A stretch of DNA of 63,056 nt, the filler included, from Craspedostauros australis (taxonomy: Eukaryota), in the NCBI GenBank assembly GCA_030167865.1. It is 7 parts of 7 records of this genome, joined end to end, with 100 filler letters (N's around TTAATTAATTAA, not from the genome) between each part and the next. Parts side by side here need not be neighbours in the genome. Positions count along the whole stretch, not along the records: positions 23,927 to 31,641 come from JALAGF010006403.1; positions 31,742 to 40,387 come from JALAGF010006408.1; 5 more parts are not named here. The stretch is one strand, 5' to 3'. The notes beneath the pieces are model-generated. The model had not been told where the DNA came from. It searched no databases and saw only the letters and a list, made by a program, of their open reading frames with translations. Both the position numbers and the translations under genes were made by a program. Shown piece by piece: positions 24,180 to 36,109 of the stretch (position 1 is its first letter; each line of letters opens with the position of its first letter).

Positions 24180-27100
24180 CTAGAAGCAAGAGGCTATGAT
24201 CAATCAATGCCTGGTGCACCTGTAAGCCATATGGAAGTCAGACCTGCTCAACANAAATGGGATGGCCATATGACAGCAAGTCCTACATCCCAGAGAGCAC
24301 NCCAAACCTCANTTGAGTCTGAAATGGCTGCNGCTTGGATTNTGGTAGCTATCCCAATGGAAACTATGGTGGTCGGCCATCATCTCCTGGCCAGGAGCCA
24401 ATATTGTGATCAACAACATCTAAGCTAGGCCAAGGGCCTGATACAGTCTGTTTTCCAGACACCCAGGCTACCTCTTGTTGGAGGATGGCCAGATAGTCCA
24501 GGAAGTGAGCCAAAGATTATTGTATTGGACATGTAGCAGAGGGATCAGGGGAGGCACGTATCATCCCCAGACAGGCACCACCCTCATGAAGCCATTGCTA
24601 CCAGTTCATGAACACTTGGCAAGGGGACTAGCTAGTCCCAGGCCGCATATTGAACTGCATCGATCCAACAGTGAGGATGAATGCAATCATCAGCCAGCTG
24701 CTCCGCAGCACCGAGTGCAGTCAATGATGGTCGGCCAAACAAATGGTGTCCACTGGTGGAGAGGAAGCCTTCATCACCAGTGTTGGCAACAGGAAATGCG
24801 TGGCCTGCAGGGACGGGTCATCCAAAATGGAATCGGCACTCCAGCCGCAGAAATGCAACCACCGTTTCTGACCCCTGTCTCCACATTCACATTTGTGAAC
24901 GAGGTGCCATGCGGGAACCAGCTGATGCAACCGCATCAAGCAGAGCTNNNNNNNNNNNNNNNNNNNNNNNNNNNNNNNNNNNNNNNNNNNNNNNNNNTGG
25001 GATGGCCATATGACAGCAAGTCCTACATCCCAGAGAGCACGCCAAACCTCATTTGAGTCTGAAATGGCTGCCGCTTGGATTTTGGTAGCTATCCCAATGG
25101 AAACTATGGTGGTCGGCCATCATCTCCTGGCCAGGAGCCAATATTGTGATCAACAACATCTAAGCTAGGCCAAGGGCCTGATACAGTCTGTTTTCCAGAC
25201 ACCCAGGCTACCTCTTGTTGGAGGATGGCCAGATAGTCCAGGAAGTGAGCCAAAGATTATTGTATTGGGCATGTAGCAGAGGGATCAGGGGAGGCACGTA
25301 TCATCACCAGACAGGCACCACCCTCATGAAGCCATTGCTACCAGTTCATGAACACTTGGCAAGGGGACTAGCTAGTCCCAGGCCGCATATTGAACTGCAT
25401 CGATCCAACAGTGAGGATGAATGCAATCATCAGCTGGCTGCTCCGCAGCACCAAGTGCAGCCAATGATGGTTGGTCAAACAAACGGTGTCCACTGGTGGA
25501 GAGGAAGCCTTCATCACCAGTGTTGGCAACACAATATGTGTGGCCTGCAGGGACGGGTCATCCAAAATGGAATCGGCACTCCAGCCACAGAAATGCAACC
25601 ACTGTTTCTGACCCCTGTCTCCACATTCACATTTGTGAACGAGGTGCCATGCGGGAACCAGCTGATGCAACCGCATCAAGCAGAGCTCACCGGTATCTAC
25701 AGCATATTTGCGTGGATCTAGCATGCTGAATTGGTCCATGGGATCAAATGGCGCGTGCAACTCGCCTGTGACAACGCGTCAGTGCTTGTGGTTCTCGATC
25801 CAGCGCGCACCGTCAGGCTGGAGGATGCGGACAGTGATCTAGCAAGCACTACTCATTTCATTGCCTGCAACCTGCAATCTTGAGCTACTGGATGGCATGT
25901 CAAAGGGCACCAGGACAACAAGGGGCTTCCTGTTGAGGACCCTTGGGCGCACATGAACATGTTGGTGGACATGTTGGCAGGTTTGCACTGGCGGTGCATG
26001 GAGATACAAGGAAGCATTGCCTGGACGTCAGTGGTGCATGGAGAGAGTATAGCCTGCTATCATCTCCACACAAAGCTATCCCCCCCTCCCCCGTCACATA
26101 TAAGGCCATGCCAGGGCAGCTCTGGAATCGCCAATTCATGGATAGGTTCCTCTGGAGCCGGTTTATTTGTGAAGTCGGCCAAGACCAAGTTGCATTGGTG
26201 GCTGCAATGCCCGGGTTGAGTGAATCCAAACAATGCACCACCTTCAAGCTAGTCCACAGCAAGATCATGTCTAGGAAATGGATGAAGCAGTGGCATGTGC
26301 GGACCAGCAACAGGTGCCCAACATGCAGAAAGACCAAGTACATAAATCACATGTGGTTGTGCCAAGGCCTGCTCATGCAATCCACATGGAGCGAAGATCT
26401 TTCGGAGATGTGACAGAAAATGAAGGCCTGGAAAACGCACCCCTTGGTCACCGCCGGTATCGTGGGGAGGCCAAGAAAGATCAGCAGAGGCGTGCCACCG
26501 CTCAGCAGTTGGCAGAACTCTCCCTCTGATAACAATATCCGCAGACAGCAAGCNNNNGTTGGATGGAACAGCTGCGCCCTTTCCTTGGCGATACTGTCGA
26601 AGTATCAACTGGGCTATGTAAATGGTTGGTCATGCACTTTGGCACTCAAGTCAGCTCCAACAGATGACCAACTGGATGACAACAGCTGCCGCATCCTGCA
26701 CAACTTGCAGTACCACAGCACTGGCCACATCACCAGCCACACCAATGCAGCAACCAGATTCCGTACCCCCTCTTNNNNNNNNNNNNNNNNNNNNNNNNNN
26801 NNNNNNNNNNNNNNNNNNNNNNNNGAAGATCTTTCGGAGATGTGACAGAAAATGAAGGCCTGGAAAACGCACCCCTTGGTCACCGCCGGTATCGTGGGGA
26901 GGCCAAGAAAGATCAGCAGAGGCGTGCCACCGCTCAGCAGTTGGCAGAACTCTCCCTCTGATAACAATATCCGCAGACAGCAAGCGGACGTTGGATGGAA
27001 CAGCTGCGCCCTTTCCTTGGCGATACTGTCGAAGTATCAACTGGGCTATGTAAATGGTTGGTCATGCACTTTGGCACTCAAGTCAGCTCCAACAGATGAC

Positions 27101-27210
27101 CAACTGGATGACAACAGCTGCNGCATCCTGCACAACTTGCAGTACCACAGCACTGGCCACATCACCAGCCACACCAATGCAGCAACCAGATTCCGTACCC
27201 CCTCTTCGTG
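24180..27210 (+). mobile_element. Degenerate non-LTR retrotransposon 3' part (RNase H plus CCHC finger; Ambal-like)
   Basis: Frameshifted RNase H motifs CRDGS, AELTGIYSI, ACDNASVL and WHVKGHQD (~25530-25920), then NRCPTCRKTKYINHMWLC. Segments are duplicated across N gaps. Confidence 0.8.
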
Positions 27211-27990
27211 AGTGGAAGAGTAGAAAGGAGGAGGAGAAAAGTGCAGTCGGTGCATTGTCATGTGAATTGAGTATAATCCTTGAGCTGTTATTGTGATTAG
27301 ACCAATGGTGTGCTCCACTTCATCTGTGTGGCTCGCATGTACAAGGGTTCACTGTGGCTGCAGGTTCAAGCAACAATCAACTCCTATATGGATTCTCATG
27401 AGGTATAGGTACACTGGTGCAGTTCTTGTGGTGGGGATGTGGCAGTTTGGAGGGATGGCGACAGACATGCCTGAACACAAGTGATGGCCAGTACTTATTT
27501 ATGGGAAATCTCTACATACCTTCAGCGATGGCACTGCTGCTGATGCAGCACTGATAGTTGTGGAGCACTTGTACATACTAGCGTGAGCTACTCTGCCATA
27601 CCACACAAACATGATATAATATAATATAATATAAAATAATATAATAGATCACAGTCTCTCTCGCTCTCGCTCTGGCTTTGCAGTTGTGCTGTGTCACAAC
27701 AATGCCAAATAGAGAATGTACCAATCGTGCAAAGTACGCAATGGTANNNNNNNNNNNNNNNNNNNNNNNNNNNNNNNNNNNNNNNNNNNNNNNNNNCAAA
27801 GTACGCAATGGTAGTACTTGCACCAAGAACACATGCATAACCAGCGTTATCGTTCGCTGCATTCACTGATGCACGCAGCACGCACGTTCTCGTTTTGGAA
27901 CCACACAAAACTGATCCATCGTGTGTGGGTTGTGTCGAGTTTCGACAAAATCGTGTGAGTCGTGTTTTCGTCGTTCAGTCGTGGTCCGAC

Positions 27991-28107
27991 ATTACTTTCA
28001 TTGAAACGTCATTACTTTCATTGAAACGCTATTACTTTCATTGAAACGTCATTACTTTCATTGAATCGTCATTACTTTCATTGAAACGTCATTACTTTCA
28101 TTGAATC
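27991..28107. repeat. Tandem repeat, 20-bp unit ATTACTTTCATTGAAACGTC x ~6
   Basis: Units start at 27991, 28011, 28031, 28051, 28071 and 28091; no spacers. Confidence 0.95.
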
Positions 28108-28915
28108 AGTTTGTTGTCATTGGAGTTCGCTTTTTAAACAGATAGACGTTAAAAACGTTATTCTAGAACGATTGGTGCAATCAGTTGAGTCGAACTTCAA
28201 CATCGCTTCAGCGATTCAAAGTAAATCGTCGGAGTGGTCGAACGCGCTCTAAGTCGTGTTTCAACGGTTTTCCCGTGCCTTGCAGAGATGTGCGTGTTTG
28301 TGATGGATCTTCGTGTTGGTCATTTGCGTGTTTGGATTCCGATTTGTTCGCATACCTCTAGCTTGACTGCGACTAGTGTGTTGTCCGCGAAGGATGGTTC
28401 TCATTCCTTGTTCTTGCACACGCATCACACCCACGTTCCGTCAACTTTGGTTGTCCTGCCGGTCATGGATGCCCTTTTCTCAACATGTCCAGATCGGCAC
28501 CTCTTCCTCTGTTCCACTTCGTTCCATCTCAAGTCGTTTCGTTCGTACCCAACACTTCGCACAACCCAGACCTGGACATGACGAGGATCTGCATTCCACG
28601 TTGACGGTCCTCCTCGACGAGCCGTGAATGGCATGAGTACAGGCTCGTACCGAAGTATTATGTAAGATAATATTTTAAAATAGAATACAATACGAGTATG
28701 GTAAACCAAGATGAATCCATTACTTCTGCTAATTGAATGATCGTAGGCCACGTAGAGTAGAGTACGACAGCTGCTCCAGCTCACCCTATCATCTCCCACT
28801 CGTATTGTGAAACTTCAGAAGGGATGATTCCTGTTGCGAGACATGGACGAGAGTAGCGCGCAGTTTGCTATCTATTGCAATAGTAGAGAGCATTCAAGTT
28901 GTTCCGACCCACAAT

Positions 28916-30871
28916 CTACTCCTTCGCAATGCTCTCCTTCTCGAAGATCATCAAGCACTCGATGTGCCTGGTTTGTGGGAACAGGTCGAAGGGTAGAATC
29001 TTCGTGATCGCATACCCCGCCTTCACGATGCCTTCGGAATCGCGGGCCTGCGTCGTGGGATCGCAGGACATGTAGATGATACGTTGCGGCGCAAAGTCGT
29101 ACAGCTGCTTCAAAAAGTCTTCACTGCAGCCCTTGCGGGGCGGGTCCAACACGATGGCAGTGCGGTCGTTGGGGAAGTCGTCGGACAGAACATCGAAGAT
29201 AGCTTCGGCGGACGCGGCGCGGAATTCGCAGTTGGTGACGTTGTTGCGCTGGGCGTTTTGGGTGGCCTCCTCGATGGCCTGGTTGTTGATCTCGATGCCG
29301 ACGACGGTATCAAAATGTTGCGATGCCGACAATGCGAAGAGGCCGGAGCCGCAGTAGCAATCGGCCAGATGAGTCAATGATGTTCCTTCGGCGGTGGCGG
29401 CGTCGTCGGCATCCTGAGTGGATACCACAGGAGCTGTCGCATACTTCAATACCTGCTCCACCATCAACGGAAGGACGTAGTAGTTGTTTTGAAAGAAGTT
29501 GCCGGCGCGGTATCGAAAGTCCAGCGACCCGACGGTGGTCGTCAGGTATTCGTTGTTGTCGCTTTCGATGTACTCGTCGTTGAGATTGCCCTGGCGGAAC
29601 AGCAAGGTGGCGCCTTTCTTCTTTTTGCCAGGCGGCGGACTGTTCAACAGACTCTCCCGCGCCCTTTCGTACGCCACGTTGACTTCGGGCGTGCCGATGG
29701 GACAGCGCGGGACGTCGACGATCTGGCGCACGCTGGACTTCTGGAAGCCAATCGCCGTGATGACGGGGACATCTGTTGCGAAACTGTGATCGTCGTCGTC
29801 ATCGTTGTCTTTGGTGTCGACGTTCTTGCGTCCTCTGCGACTTTTGGATGGATTCTGATAGTGCGGTGTCAGCTTGGATCGGTACCCGAAGACTTCATCC
29901 GTTCCCAAGCACGGTGACACATGGACATCCGTGATGCCGTACTGCTTCAAGCCATCTTGCACGAAGCGCTGCTTCCAATCGCGCTGCGCGCCGATGCTCA
30001 TGTGCTGCAGTTGGCATCCACCGCAGGTCCCGTAGAGAGAGCACTTCGGTTCGATCCGATCCGGCGATGATTGCAAGACCTGCACGAGATCCGCCTCGCT
30101 GTAATTGTTGAAGTTCCGAAAGATACGCAACCGCACGCGTTCGCCGGGGATGACGCCCGGCACCATGACGACCCAGTTCGTTGTTTGCACGGTGGTCCTG
30201 TCGTCGTCTGCTTCCGTAGACGCCGATGATGAATCGACACTGCTATCATTTGGTGCTGCTATCAGACTGCTCCGCTCTTCTGATTTCTTGCTATCACCGC
30301 CGCCACCACGCGGACGCCGTCCTCCCTTCTTCTTCTTATGAGCATCACGCTGTTCCTGCGTGAATTGAATCGGAACACGAGCAATGCCCATTCCACGATT
30401 CGTGAGAGTCTCAATCTCCACATCGATCTCCTCGTGGTACTCGAATGGGAATGGTATGAATTTGGCTGGTCGTTTGAAGGCAGGTGGCGTCGTTGTTGGT
30501 GCGTCTGTTTCTGTTGTTGCGGCTGGCTGATTGGGGCCATTGGTGATATCTGAACTCTCCGTTGCTGTCATTTGCAATCCTGTCACGTGAAAATGCCGCA
30601 ATGGTGTTGCTGTTGTTGACGTTGGCGTTGTGGGTGTGGGTGTGGATGTGAACAACGATGAAATCATGGATCGCTGCTGCTGCTGCTGTTGCTGGTACTG
30701 ATGCTGTCGGTAAGACGTGATCCAGGCATACGCACCGACCTGCCCGTGCCTGAAGAGCACCGTGGAAAGGAGTAACCTTCCATTGCGTGATGTTGGCATG
30801 CCCAATGACACAGACTGTAGGAAAGATGCGACGCAAGACATGGCCAACACGCACAGAGGTGTGGTTCTCAT
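28916..30871 (-). CDS. TrmA/RlmD-family RNA (uracil-5)-methyltransferase with an N-terminal targeting extension
   Basis: TRAM-like IETLTNRGMGIAR and VIPGERV; CSLYGTCGGCQLQH Fe-S motif; FFQNN, DCYCGSGLF, VLDPPRKG, YMSCDP and FDLFPQTRHIE. First ATG at 30871. Confidence 0.93.
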   Translation of the reverse strand: MRTTPLCVLAMSCVASFLQSVSLGMPTSRNGRLLLSTVLFRHGQVGAYAWITSYRQHQYQQQQQQQRSMISSLFTSTPTPTTPTSTTATPLRHFHVTGLQMTATESSDITNGPNQPAATTETDAPTTTPPAFKRPAKFIPFPFEYHEEIDVEIETLTNRGMGIARVPIQFTQEQRDAHKKKKGGRRPRGGGGDSKKSEERSSLIAAPNDSSVDSSSASTEADDDRTTVQTTNWVVMVPGVIPGERVRLRIFRNFNNYSEADLVQVLQSSPDRIEPKCSLYGTCGGCQLQHMSIGAQRDWKQRFVQDGLKQYGITDVHVSPCLGTDEVFGYRSKLTPHYQNPSKSRRGRKNVDTKDNDDDDDHSFATDVPVITAIGFQKSSVRQIVDVPRCPIGTPEVNVAYERARESLLNSPPPGKKKKGATLLFRQGNLNDEYIESDNNEYLTTTVGSLDFRYRAGNFFQNNYYVLPLMVEQVLKYATAPVVSTQDADDAATAEGTSLTHLADCYCGSGLFALSASQHFDTVVGIEINNQAIEEATQNAQRNNVTNCEFRAASAEAIFDVLSDDFPNDRTAIVLDPPRKGCSEDFLKQLYDFAPQRIIYMSCDPTTQARDSEGIVKAGYAITKILPFDLFPQTRHIECLMIFEKESIAKE

Positions 30872-31741
30872 GATGTACAATTGCGCTTGCAAGTCACTTG
30901 GTTAGCTGCTTGTGAATGATGAAAGAACTGTGCTTGGGAGGATGCCGAAGAGGGTGTGGATGATGATGTCGGCGATCGTGATGTTGACTGTGGTGATAGA
31001 CACGAGTTGATTGATGGCGTATCCTTCCACATTTCTCGTGATGGGTTTTCTTGGTTGGCTGATTGCGTGAAATCAACGAATCCGTATGTATGGACGGACA
31101 ATACTAATGTCTATTAGTTATTGGAGGATTGAGGCAAAATGCATTTATTCATAATAAATATATACCATCCGTGAACACGCGTGTCCACAAAGATCGCTTC
31201 CAAATTCACGTTTACACATTTTGCACAATGAATCATCTTTCCTGTTCTTGAGCCCAAGCAGACAGAAGCAACGGTCCACCAACTCGCTGACCCGAAGACC
31301 ACATCATCACGTCACACGATACCGTTTCGTAGGTGTATCCTTTTGGTTCCTCAAATCTCTTGTTCTCCATCAGCCGAATTGATTCCTCATAAAATCAGAA
31401 ACGAAACCTGTTGGTATACGGTCGAAGGCCAGACGGAGCAGCAAATGAACCCCTGTTCACAGCCTCAGCAGAGACAACAGAGACGAGTCATAATAACTTC
31501 ACATCACACACACACACACACTACTCGTATCGTCTCCCGATCATCACAGGTTATGAGGAAATACGCTTATACTATATAAGACAATCCCCATTGCTTCGTC
31601 ACCCTCTCTGTATTTTGGAAATCCCCATCCAAACGCAGCTCNNNNNNNNNNNNNNNNNNNNNNNNNNNNNNNNNNNNNNNNNNNNTTAATTAATTAANNN
31701 NNNNNNNNNNNNNNNNNNNNNNNNNNNNNNNNNNNNNNNNN

Positions 31742-32710
31742 ACCTCACTACTCCAATCATACTCCAGAGAGTACGGACATGAATTTTGAAGTCTTTGATC
31801 CATCAGGAACGGATCCAATTCTATGGGTGCAGATATCACACAGTAGTGATTGGTACGCATCGCACTGTACATTTATTTGGATGTTTGTACACAGGAACTG
31901 GCAGTCGTATTCCAATCCAACGCTCCGACCACTCCAATCATACGCCAAAGAGTATGAAAATGAAGTTTGAAGTTCTTTATCCATTTGGAAGGGATCGCAA
32001 TCTATGGATGCTGATATCACACTGTACTGAACCGTCCGCGTCACGCTGTATAGCGTTCTGAGAATACGTGCATATAAAATGTTGGCCATATTGTAATCGA
32101 ATGCTTGGATGACTCCGACCACACTCCAATGGGTGCGGCCATGAAGTTTAAAGTATTGGATCCATCTGGAAGCAATCCAAAGCTGGGGATAAGGATCTGG
32201 TGATGCTGTTTGGGAGGGGGCTTTACGATGCGCATTGCGCTGTGCAGCCTTCTGCGGATATATTCATTCGGCCAGCTGGCTTGAGAGATCCAACCAAACG
32301 CGTTGCGTCAAGTAGACTCCAAAGGCTGTGGCCATGGAGGTTGAAGTCCCATATCCGTTTGGAAGGGGTCTATTTCTACGTATGCTGAAGTGGAGTGTCA
32401 CTGAGCGGCGTCATGACATGTGGATCACATAGGCGCATACCGATATGTCTTCCTGGAGGATTCATGGCTTCAAACCCCATGTCTGTGCTCTGTGGAATGC
32501 GTTCGGATTCACCAAAGTGTTGGATTTGAATATGACCGCCAATATCTATGCACATATTCTCAGAACGCTGTACAGCGTGACGCGTACTGTTCAGAACCGC
32601 GTGATATCAGCATCCGTAGAATTGGATCCCTTCCTGACGGATCAAAGACTTCAAACTTCATGTCCTTACTCTTTCGAGTGTTCTTGGAGTGATGTGGCTG
32701 ATCGGATCTC
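31742..32710. repeat. Foldback-like repeat: 3-4 diverged ~180-bp units plus an inverted unit
   Basis: Units start near 31751, 31932 and 32123 (CTCCAA..ATGAAGTTTGAAGT..ATCCAT). 32520-32700 is the reverse complement of a unit. Confidence 0.7.
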
Positions 32711-32744
32711 TCAAAATGGCCTGCCGAATGCATAGATATGCAGA

Positions 32745-34096
32745 AGTTGTTTTGGCAGTTGATATTCGCCCCACATGATTCGATGAGGTACTTCACACAC
32801 TCCAGTTGGCCACGGCAGCATGCCAAATGAAGGGAAGTGGAACCATGGTTGTTTTTGCAGTTGATGTTGGCCCCACATGATCTGATGAGGTACTTGGCAC
32901 GCTTCAGTTGGCCAAGGAAGCATGCGAAATGAAGGGGAGTCCAACCATTGTCATCTTTGCCGTTGATGTCAGTCCCACATGATTGGATGAGGTACTTCAC
33001 ACACTTTGGTTGGCCCCGGCGACATGCGTAATGAAGGGAAGTGGAACCATTGTTGTCTTTGCAGTTGATGTTTGCCCCACGTGATTCGATGAGGTACTTT
33101 ACACACTCCAGGTGGCCGTTGCGGCATGCCCTGATAATCAGCAATTACACACAGGAAAAGAGCACCAAACACTGCACTTACTACGCCGCCAGGGTGATCA
33201 ATCCGTCAGGTGGAGTTGGAGATGTTTGGTGTTTGTTGTTGTTCTAATAGGTTGTGTTCAATTGATGATTGAGTTGGATTATGAGATGATGATCTCCTAT
33301 TTCTAATGATGGTGCCTATTGCACGGTTTCTAACGTGCTGCTTGATTACCTCATGTTGTATCTCGCAGTCTTTCCTAAAACATTGCCCAAGATGGCATGT
33401 TGATCTACACGATATCTCGTGTTATTCTCGCCTTTGGGTCTTTCTTCATCTCTGTCTGATCTTGTCTGCCTTGATCTCTGTTTGATTATATAAGGGTTGA
33501 TCCGTCTACGTCGGCGAGGTGCATGCATCACCTCTGACGATGTTGTTCTGGATCCTAAATGTTGTTGCTACGTGCTCAATGATGCACTCGGCATGGCTAG
33601 ACAGGTCAGCGTACCATGACTAAAACATAATCTCGATTCCGAGGATCACAATGACCGATCCTCTGATGTCATCGATGATGTCAGTGCCTACGTCAGATTC
33701 GATGACAGTAGTGACTGAATCTCAATCGTGTATCAAGACTCATCCGACTATACTCTCAAATCGAGTCGAATCAGAAAATATTGAATCACGTTCTAGTCAT
33801 GGGAGATGGGTACCTTAATTTCGATCTAGATGTTGATATGCCCAATGAAGGGGAGTCAAACCAAAGCCGGCTTTGGCGTCGATGTTTGCCCCACATAATT
33901 CGATGAGGTACCTTACACACTCCAGCTGGCCACGGCAGCATGCTTCATGAAGGGGAGTAGAACCCATCCTGTCTGTAAGCTTGTTGACATCAACTCTATC
34001 ATTCTGCGTCTTGCTCTGCTTCTTCCATTCCTTCAACACCGACAAGTCACCTGCCTTGGCAGCGTGAAGGAGTTGTTCGTTCGTGACATTCGGCAT
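32745..34096 (-). pseudogene. Ankyrin-repeat gene disrupted by a 707-bp insertion and 3'-truncated
   Basis: Repeats of the form G.TPLH.AC..GQLECVKYLIESCGANIN. Excising 33132-33838 and one TSD copy restores PLHWACRNGHLEC. Confidence 0.88.
33132..33838 (-). mobile_element. Solo-LTR-like insertion (707 bp)
   Basis: TSD TGCCC at 33127-33131 and 33839-33843. Plus-strand ends TG...TA; the left end weakly resembles that of 8784-9312. Confidence 0.8.
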
Positions 34097-34131
34097 TTTG
34101 AGAGGAAGGTGGATGGTTGATGAACGATCGA

Positions 34132-34227
34132 CGTTGGATGATTGGCGTTGGATGATTGGCGTTGGATGATTGGCGTTGGATGATTGGCGTTGGATGATTG
34201 GCGTTGGATGATTGGCGTTGGATTGGC
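34132..34227. repeat. Tandem repeat, 14-bp unit CGTTGGATGATTGG x6 plus a partial unit
   Basis: Six exact units at 34132-34215. Confidence 0.95.
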
Positions 34228-34661
34228 TGTGGAAGAAATGCGTAGTCTGAGCTACCTATGTCGAGATATCGTTGGTGGTGTCTTCAATAGGTTGTATTCG
34301 TACGAGTATCATACACTGTGTGATGAATATGAGTGGCAATTCGATGTGTGTTGTTGATGTGCCCGAGTATGGGGTTGGGTGGTGTGTGGTGTTGTTTTGT
34401 TGTCGTGTTCGCTTGGTGTTCTTGTTGTCTCTTTGCGCGCAAGTATCTTTGTGTTTGCCTCTGTGTTTGCTTCCTTCTGTTGATCGCGCTCCTCTGGTTC
34501 GTGTGGGCGGATCCGGAAGCGATCGAAAAATGCGCACATCCATCAGTCCATACAACTTAAAATAGGACCAACCTCAAAGCTGTAATGGATCGGTATTTAT
34601 AAGGAGATCATTAAGAATACGAATATGCGCTTTGGCTTGGATATCCGTAAGGAAAGTTTCG

Positions 34662-34771
34662 GTCCTCAGGAGGACATTTAGTGCTATCTGTCCTCCTGAG
34701 GACATTTATTTTTGACATGCATCGTAACTGTCCTCAGGAAGACAGAAAACTTATCTGTCCTCCTGAGGACA
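34662..34771. repeat. Four alternating-orientation copies of TGTCCTCAGGAGGACA
   Basis: 34662-34676 forward, 34689-34704 reverse, 34729-34744 forward (1 mismatch), 34756-34771 reverse. Confidence 0.9.
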
Positions 34772-36109
34772 TTTAATTTTGGCGTTTGACTGGTTGGAAC
34801 ACGTATCCACGACACAAATTATGAGTGTCGCTACAATTCATCGCGTTGTGGCTGGTGCCATCTGCTCCGTTCTTTTTTGCCATCTGCACATCCGCACGCC
34901 AATCTGTTCAATAGTATTCCAGAATATTATTCTATTATATATTATTATATTATATTACTCCGTTCCGAAATGATTGCAACTTATCGTTTTTGTCATCGGT
35001 TCGACGCTGTGTCGTAGTGGCCAACTTTGGGAGCTGNNNNNNNNNNNNNNNNNNNNNNNNNNNNNNNNNNNNNNNNNNNNNNNNNNGTTCCGAAATGATT
35101 GCAACTTATCGTTTTTGTCATCGGTTCGACGCTGTGTCGTAGTGGCCAACTTTGGGAGCTGCGGGAGACCCTTTTCCCAGTCGCCTCCCACCCTGGTCTG
35201 ACGCATCCTTGTTGGCCTTCGGTACCCATCGGAGTACCATCAATAATTGGTATACTAATGTGTGTAGATACCATGTAAAACGTACCATACAAACAGAGGA
35301 CAGCATCTCCACATTTAGACTGCTTGTCCGGCGCCATGCCTCCGCGTTTCTGTCATTGAAACACTGTGCAAGAGTTGGTTTGTGTGCTTTCACTTGTCCG
35401 ATTGGCTGAAAGGTTAATTCTTATCGTGACGTCACACTCTGTTCCGTAAGTCCAAATCATCCTCCAGTTTCACAGGCGAAATACAACGTGGTACAACATG
35501 CGAAGGACGACGCAATGACAAAATCACGTAACATCGATTTTCTATTTGACATTATATTGGTGTTCACAAGTACGCAATCGATATTTGTTTGCAAGGAAAC
35601 ATGAGAACTCCCCTCGTGTTGTGGACATCGGTGTCTTCGTGACCTGTCGCAGACATCATTGCGTTCTCATCAAATACGAGCATTGACATAACGCCACGAA
35701 CTAACTAGCCAATCATGATAGTCGGTTCATGCAATGCCATAGTTATTGTTGACTGATGACGCCATCGGGCTTCCGAAGGGTTTGTCCAACACGTCACGTT
35801 GGTCGTGTTGTGAATTTTTCTTTTCCATTTTTTACGTTTCGAAGCACAATTTTTGGTGTTGTTGTTGTGGTTGCGCCTTGAAAACGCGATTTCCGACTGA
35901 TTGCAACACTCACCCATTTCCCGAATCGTACAATTCTCGTGTTGTATTTGTATTAAATGGTTCATTATTCCTGCAAAATTCCTAGTGTTGTCCAATTGTT
36001 GTTTGAATTTGTCAGTATCGTGAGTGTGCGGTGTGCATGATTTGGTGCTGATGGTGGATTCATGACCACGGAGCTGTGATGTTGTTGGTTGTGTCAGCTG
36101 TTGCTGCTG

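Noticed and set aside
24257..27206. Apparent tandem duplications in the LINE
   Set aside because: Each duplicate abuts an N gap, so these are most likely unmerged overlaps or haplotypes.
27991..28107. CRISPR-like array
   Set aside because: Contiguous units without unique spacers, no cas genes, eukaryotic context.
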